Shown here piece by piece: positions 29,572 to 32,000 of a DNA stretch of 32,000 nucleotides (its first letter is position 1; every line of letters begins with the position of its first letter). The notes under the pieces are model-generated. The model was not told the origin of the DNA and searched no databases. It was given only the letters and a program-made list of their open reading frames with translations. The position numbers and the translations under genes were made by a program. The stretch is from Phycisphaera mikurensis NBRC 102666 (GTDB taxonomy: Bacteria > Planctomycetota > Phycisphaerae > Phycisphaerales > Phycisphaeraceae), in NCBI RefSeq assembly GCF_000284115.1, contig NC_017080.1, positions 2,790,001 through 2,822,000 of the forward strand, written 5' to 3'.

Positions 29572-29621
29572 TCCCGCGGACCGTCGCCCTCGGGGGGCAA
29601 AAACCGCTCCGATCCGCGGGA
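29572..29621. repeat. possible diverged REP-like element (TCCCGCGGA-N32-TCCGCGGGA) in the rpsM-rpsK spacer
   Basis: 9-nt inverted repeat sharing the CCGCGGACCG core on the left arm. An adjacent 9-bp hairpin CCGATCCGC-GGGAA-GCGGATCGG spans 29609-29631. This match to the family is weaker. Confidence 0.35.
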
Positions 29622-29746
29622 AGCGGATCGGGGCTGAAGCGGCCGGCCGGCGTGAGCCGACCGGACGCGAGCAGCGAGGCCGGTGGGAACCTCGCCGCTC
29701 AAGAGGCGGCCGGGCGGTGGGCCCGATGCCACCCCCGGGGGGAGGC

Positions 29747-30127
29747 TCACTTCGCCTTCACGCCCTTCTTGCCGGCGACCGTCTTCTTCCGGCCCTTCCG
29801 GGTGCGGGCGTTGGTCTGCGTCCGCTGGCCGCGGCAGGGCAGGCCCCGGCGGTGGCGGTCGCCGCGGTAGCAGCGGATGTCGCGGAGGCGGGCGATGTCC
29901 TGAGCGGTCTGCCGGCGGAGGCCGCCCTCGACCACGTAGTCGGCCTCGAGGATGCCCGCGAGCTTCGCGATCTGGTCCTCGTCGAGCGTGTGGGCGCGGG
30001 CCTCGGGGTCCAGGTCCGCCTTCGCGCAGAGCTCGAGGGCGGCCTTGGGGCCGATCCCGTAGATGTAGCGGAAGGAGATCCGCAGGGGCTTGTTGTCCGG
30101 GATCTCGGTGCCGATGATGCGTGGCAT
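29747..30127 (-). CDS. rpsM: 30S ribosomal protein S13
   Basis: 126 aa from ATG 30127: [41 protein letters not shown]...[28 protein letters not shown] is the S13 signature. Confidence 0.95.
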   Translation of the reverse strand: MPRIIGTEIPDNKPLRISFRYIYGIGPKAALELCAKADLDPEARAHTLDEDQIAKLAGILEADYVVEGGLRRQTAQDIARLRDIRCYRGDRHRRGLPCRGQRTQTNARTRKGRKKTVAGKKGVKAK

Positions 30128-30225
30128 GGGGGTTCCGCCGGGGGGGGCGGCCTTGGGTTGGGTTCGGGGGTCCGGAGGGTTCCGGAGGAGCGGGCGAGCG
30201 GCGGACGCCGCCCGCCGGCCTTGCT

Positions 30226-30381
30226 TCACTTCTTCACGCCGCGCTTGACCTTCGCTCCGCCCTGCCGGGCCTTGAACTTGGGGTTGGACTTGCAGATGAC
30301 GTAGACGCGGCCGCGGCGGCGGACGATCTGGCAGTCCTCGGAGCGGGACTTCAACTTGCCGATGGAGCTGACGACTTTCAT
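30226..30381 (-). CDS. rpmJ: 50S ribosomal protein L36, zinc-independent (C-minus, YkgO-like) type
   Basis: 51 aa from ATG 30381: [51 protein letters not shown]. Close to my recollection of E. coli YkgO ([41 protein letters not shown]...). Lacks the CxxC...C...H zinc ligands. Confidence 0.88.
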   Translation of the reverse strand: MKVVSSIGKLKSRSEDCQIVRRRGRVYVICKSNPKFKARQGGAKVKRGVKK

Positions 30382-30444
30382 GAGCGTTTCGCCTTCAGGC
30401 GGAGGGTGGACGAGGGAGCGGGTGCGAGGCAACAGACCCCCGCT

Positions 30445-30660
30445 TCAGCGGCGGTAGGTGATGCGGCCCTTGGTGAGGTCGTACGGGCTGATCTCGACCG
30501 ACACCACGTCGCCGGGCAGGATCCGGATGTAGTGCTTCCGCATCCGGCCGGAGATGGTCGCGATGATCTGGTGATCGTTCTCGAGCTTGACGCGGAACAT
30601 CGCGCTCGGGAGGGACTCGGTCACCTCCCCCTCGAACTGGAGCATGTCTTCTTTGGGCAC
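30445..30660 (-). CDS. infA: translation initiation factor IF-1
   Basis: 71 aa from GTG 30660: (M)[70 protein letters not shown]. Near-colinear with E. coli IF-1. Confidence 0.93.
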   Translation of the reverse strand: MPKEDMLQFEGEVTESLPSAMFRVKLENDHQIIATISGRMRKHYIRILPGDVVSVEISPYDLTKGRITYRR

Positions 30661-30799
30661 GGCAGGCTCCGGGGGCGGTACGCGGGCTCGGGGCGGCGTG
30701 CCCTCGAACCCCGCGGGAGGGGAAGCAACGGGTTCGACCCGCACCCTCGGTAGGTGCAGGCAACGATCGCCCGCCCGCGGCTTGCGACGCGGGGCGGAG

Positions 30800-30827
30800 A
30801 GGATAGCAGGGTTTCGCGAGCGTGTAA
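30800..30827 (-). promoter_or_regulatory. candidate sigma70-like promoter for the infA operon (TTACAC-N16-TATCCT)
   Basis: Read on the minus strand: -35 at 30827-30822 and -10 at 30805-30800. These are among the few AT-rich hexamers in the 415-bp region upstream of infA. Pattern match only. Confidence 0.25.
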
Positions 30828-30915
30828 GGACGGGTGTCGGGCGAGCGGGTTCGGAGGCTCGTTCGGTTTCCGGGGACGCCGAGCACCGCGGCTCGGAGCG
30901 GCCGTGCGGGTCGAC

Positions 30916-31060
30916 GCGGGGCTGGATTCCGGTCGTGCTGCGCCCGATCCGGGCACGTGGAGGAGTGACTGCCGTCAGGCGGCTGCGCCGCCGGCGTGTC
31001 GAACCTGCGACCTCCGGCCACCGCTCCGCGGTGGCTCGGAGGCCGACAGGTTCGAATCCA
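30916..31060. repeat. cluster of tRNA-fMet 3'-half-derived fragments
   Basis: 30999-31017 is 19/19 identical to 31129-31147 inside the tRNA gene. 30916-30928 matches the tRNA 3' end (31116-31129) with a 1-nt deletion. 31037-31060 is an inverted, diverged copy of the same T-arm region (GGAGGCCGACAGGTTCGAATCCA). Confidence 0.7.
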
Positions 31061-31073
31061 AGACCTCAGCACA

Positions 31074-31113
31074 ATTGAAAGAACCCCGGCCCAACGGGCC
31101 GGGGTTCTTTCAA

Positions 31114-31114
<1 letters not shown>
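31074..31114. terminator. bidirectional intrinsic terminator (19-bp perfect palindrome ATTGAAAGAACCCCGGCCC-AAC-GGGCCGGGGTTCTTTCAAT)
   Basis: Read directly. A GC-rich stem core is flanked by A/T runs on both sides, giving a U-tract on either strand. It starts at the tRNA-fMet 3' end. Confidence 0.8.
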
Positions 31115-31187
<73 letters not shown>

Positions 31188-31198
31188 GCTGTGCCTTC

Positions 31199-31227
31199 AG
31201 TTTAGCCAGCCCGCCGCGGGGCCGCAA
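31199..31227 (-). promoter_or_regulatory. candidate sigma70-like promoter for tRNA-fMet (TTGCGG-N17-TAAACT)
   Basis: Minus strand: -35 at 31227-31222 and -10 at 31204-31199. The -10 lies 11 nt before the mature tRNA 5' end. Pattern match only. Confidence 0.3.
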
Positions 31228-31229
31228 AT

Positions 31230-31275
31230 CCGCGGACCGCCGCCCGAAAAGCCGGGGAAACCTCACGGTCCGCGG
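31230..31275. repeat. REP-like palindromic element, copy 5 (CCGCGGACCG-N26-CGGTCCGCGG)
   Basis: 10-nt perfect inverted repeat: 31230-31239 pairs with 31266-31275. Ends 2 nt from the stop codon of the cysQ-like gene. Confidence 0.65.
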
Positions 31276-31277
31276 GT

Positions 31278-32000
31278 TCAGCCCAGCGCCCGGCCGACCG
31301 CCGCGACGACCTCCGCGTGGCAGGGGCCGTTGGTCGCGATGACGCCGCGGTTGTTGTCGAGGCCGCGGCCTTTCGAGAAGTCCAGCCGCCTGCCGTCGAC
31401 ATCGGTGACGGTGCCGCCCGCCTCCTCGAGCACGGCGACGCCGGCGGCGTGGTCCCAGATGCGCTCGACGTAGCCCGGCCGCGTCGGCAGCCGCAGGTAC
31501 GCGTCGGCCACCCCCATGGCGACCGCGGCGTACTTCGCCTGGCTGTCCATCCGCACCGGGTCGGCGGTGACGCCGAGCATCCTCACCACCTCGGCGGCCG
31601 CGTCCTGCTTGGTGTGCCCGCTCTCGACGCTCTCGCACACGCGGAGCACGCCGGGCACGCTCCGCTCGCTCACGGCGATCTTCCGCCCGTGGTGCGGGTC
31701 GTGGTCCGTGCCCTCCACCGGGTGCCGGTACGCGCCGGCTCCCTTCACCGCGACCAGCACCACGCCCGGCTCGTCCTGGCCGTCCACCGCGAGATTCGGG
31801 CACCCGAGCACGCCGCCCACCACCTCGCCGCCCTCGATCAGCCCCAGCGCCACCGCGTACTGCTCGCCGCGGAGGAAGCCCTTCGTGCCGTCGATCGGGT
31901 CGAGCGCCCAGTAGCGGTCTTTCCGCGGATCGTCGTCCCCGGCGGTCGCCGGATCGAACGATCCGCGGTCGATGGCCTCGATCGCCTCCTCGGCGGGCAT
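31278..32000 (-). CDS. cysQ: 3'(2'),5'-bisphosphate nucleotidase / inositol monophosphatase family (CysQ/HAL2-like), C-terminal 240 aa (N-terminus beyond window)
   Basis: Contains WALDPIDGTKGFLRG and WDHAAGVAVLEEAGG, the two metal-binding signatures of the IMPase/CysQ superfamily. The ORF is open to the window edge. Confidence 0.8.
   Translation of the reverse strand: MPAEEAIEAIDRGSFDPATAGDDDPRKDRYWALDPIDGTKGFLRGEQYAVALGLIEGGEVVGGVLGCPNLAVDGQDEPGVVLVAVKGAGAYRHPVEGTDHDPHHGRKIAVSERSVPGVLRVCESVESGHTKQDAAAEVVRMLGVTADPVRMDSQAKYAAVAMGVADAYLRLPTRPGYVERIWDHAAGVAVLEEAGGTVTDVDGRRLDFSKGRGLDNNRGVIATNGPCHAEVVAAVGRALG

Noticed and set aside
30745-31075. tmRNA (ssrA) on the minus strand. GCTGAGGTCTTGGATTCGAAC resembles the tmRNA 5' GGGGCUGAUUCUGGAUUCGAC, and GGCGGCGCAGCCGCCTGA could end a tag in AAA-stop.
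   Set aside because: No G3:U70 acceptor pair. The only possible 3' partner (CAGCACG-A-CC) is not preceded by a T-arm with a 7-nt loop. The similarity is better explained by derivation from the adjacent tRNA-fMet, given the 19/19 identity.

Overview
Very GC-rich bacterial chromosomal window (by eye over 70% G+C, third codon positions almost all G/C; not computed). It is mostly housekeeping genes. Many long antisense ORFs in the track are high-GC shadow frames and are not called.

Gene content, left to right:
- mreD (partial) and mreC, then a flagellar block fliR-fliQ-fliP-fliO-fliN-fliL, all on the minus strand.
- A divergent cluster of SAM-methyltransferase, FAD-oxidoreductase and type III polyketide synthase, followed by a secreted hypothetical protein.
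- An orphan OppD/DppD-like ABC ATPase and an M29 aminopeptidase.
- The tgt-yajC-secDF operon, then gcvP.
- A small accessory patch: vapB, vapC with an in-frame stop, and an odd ACP-like membrane protein.
- A SulP/STAS transporter.
- A Gfo/Idh/MocA oxidoreductase paired with a DegT-type aminotransferase.
- An initiator tRNA-Met, then infA-rpmJ-rpsM-rpsK-rpoA-rplQ (no rpsD), and a partial cysQ-like nucleotidase.
- Several gene pairs are coupled by 4-nt start/stop overlaps (TTGA or GTGA).

I found no convincing new multi-gene system: no defence, secretion or mobile-element gene set. The unusual signals are mostly non-coding:
1. A dispersed REP-like palindrome family (GGATCCGCGGACCG...CGGTCCGCGG). 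Most copies sit just after stop codons; one sits in frame inside sulP.
2. A degenerate tandem array of a roughly 34-bp unit at 11.1-11.5 kb.
3. A roughly 570-bp composite array of about 130-bp units with nested inverted repeats at 25.9-26.45 kb.
4. Fragments derived from tRNA-fMet next to the intact tRNA.

On the coding side, four things deserve a second look: the ACP-like protein whose two ends look like complementary halves of one ACP fold, the broken vapC, a low-GC3 in-frame patch in gcvP, and the type III PKS cluster. A planctomycete (Phycisphaerae-like) origin is a guess from composition and protein style only.
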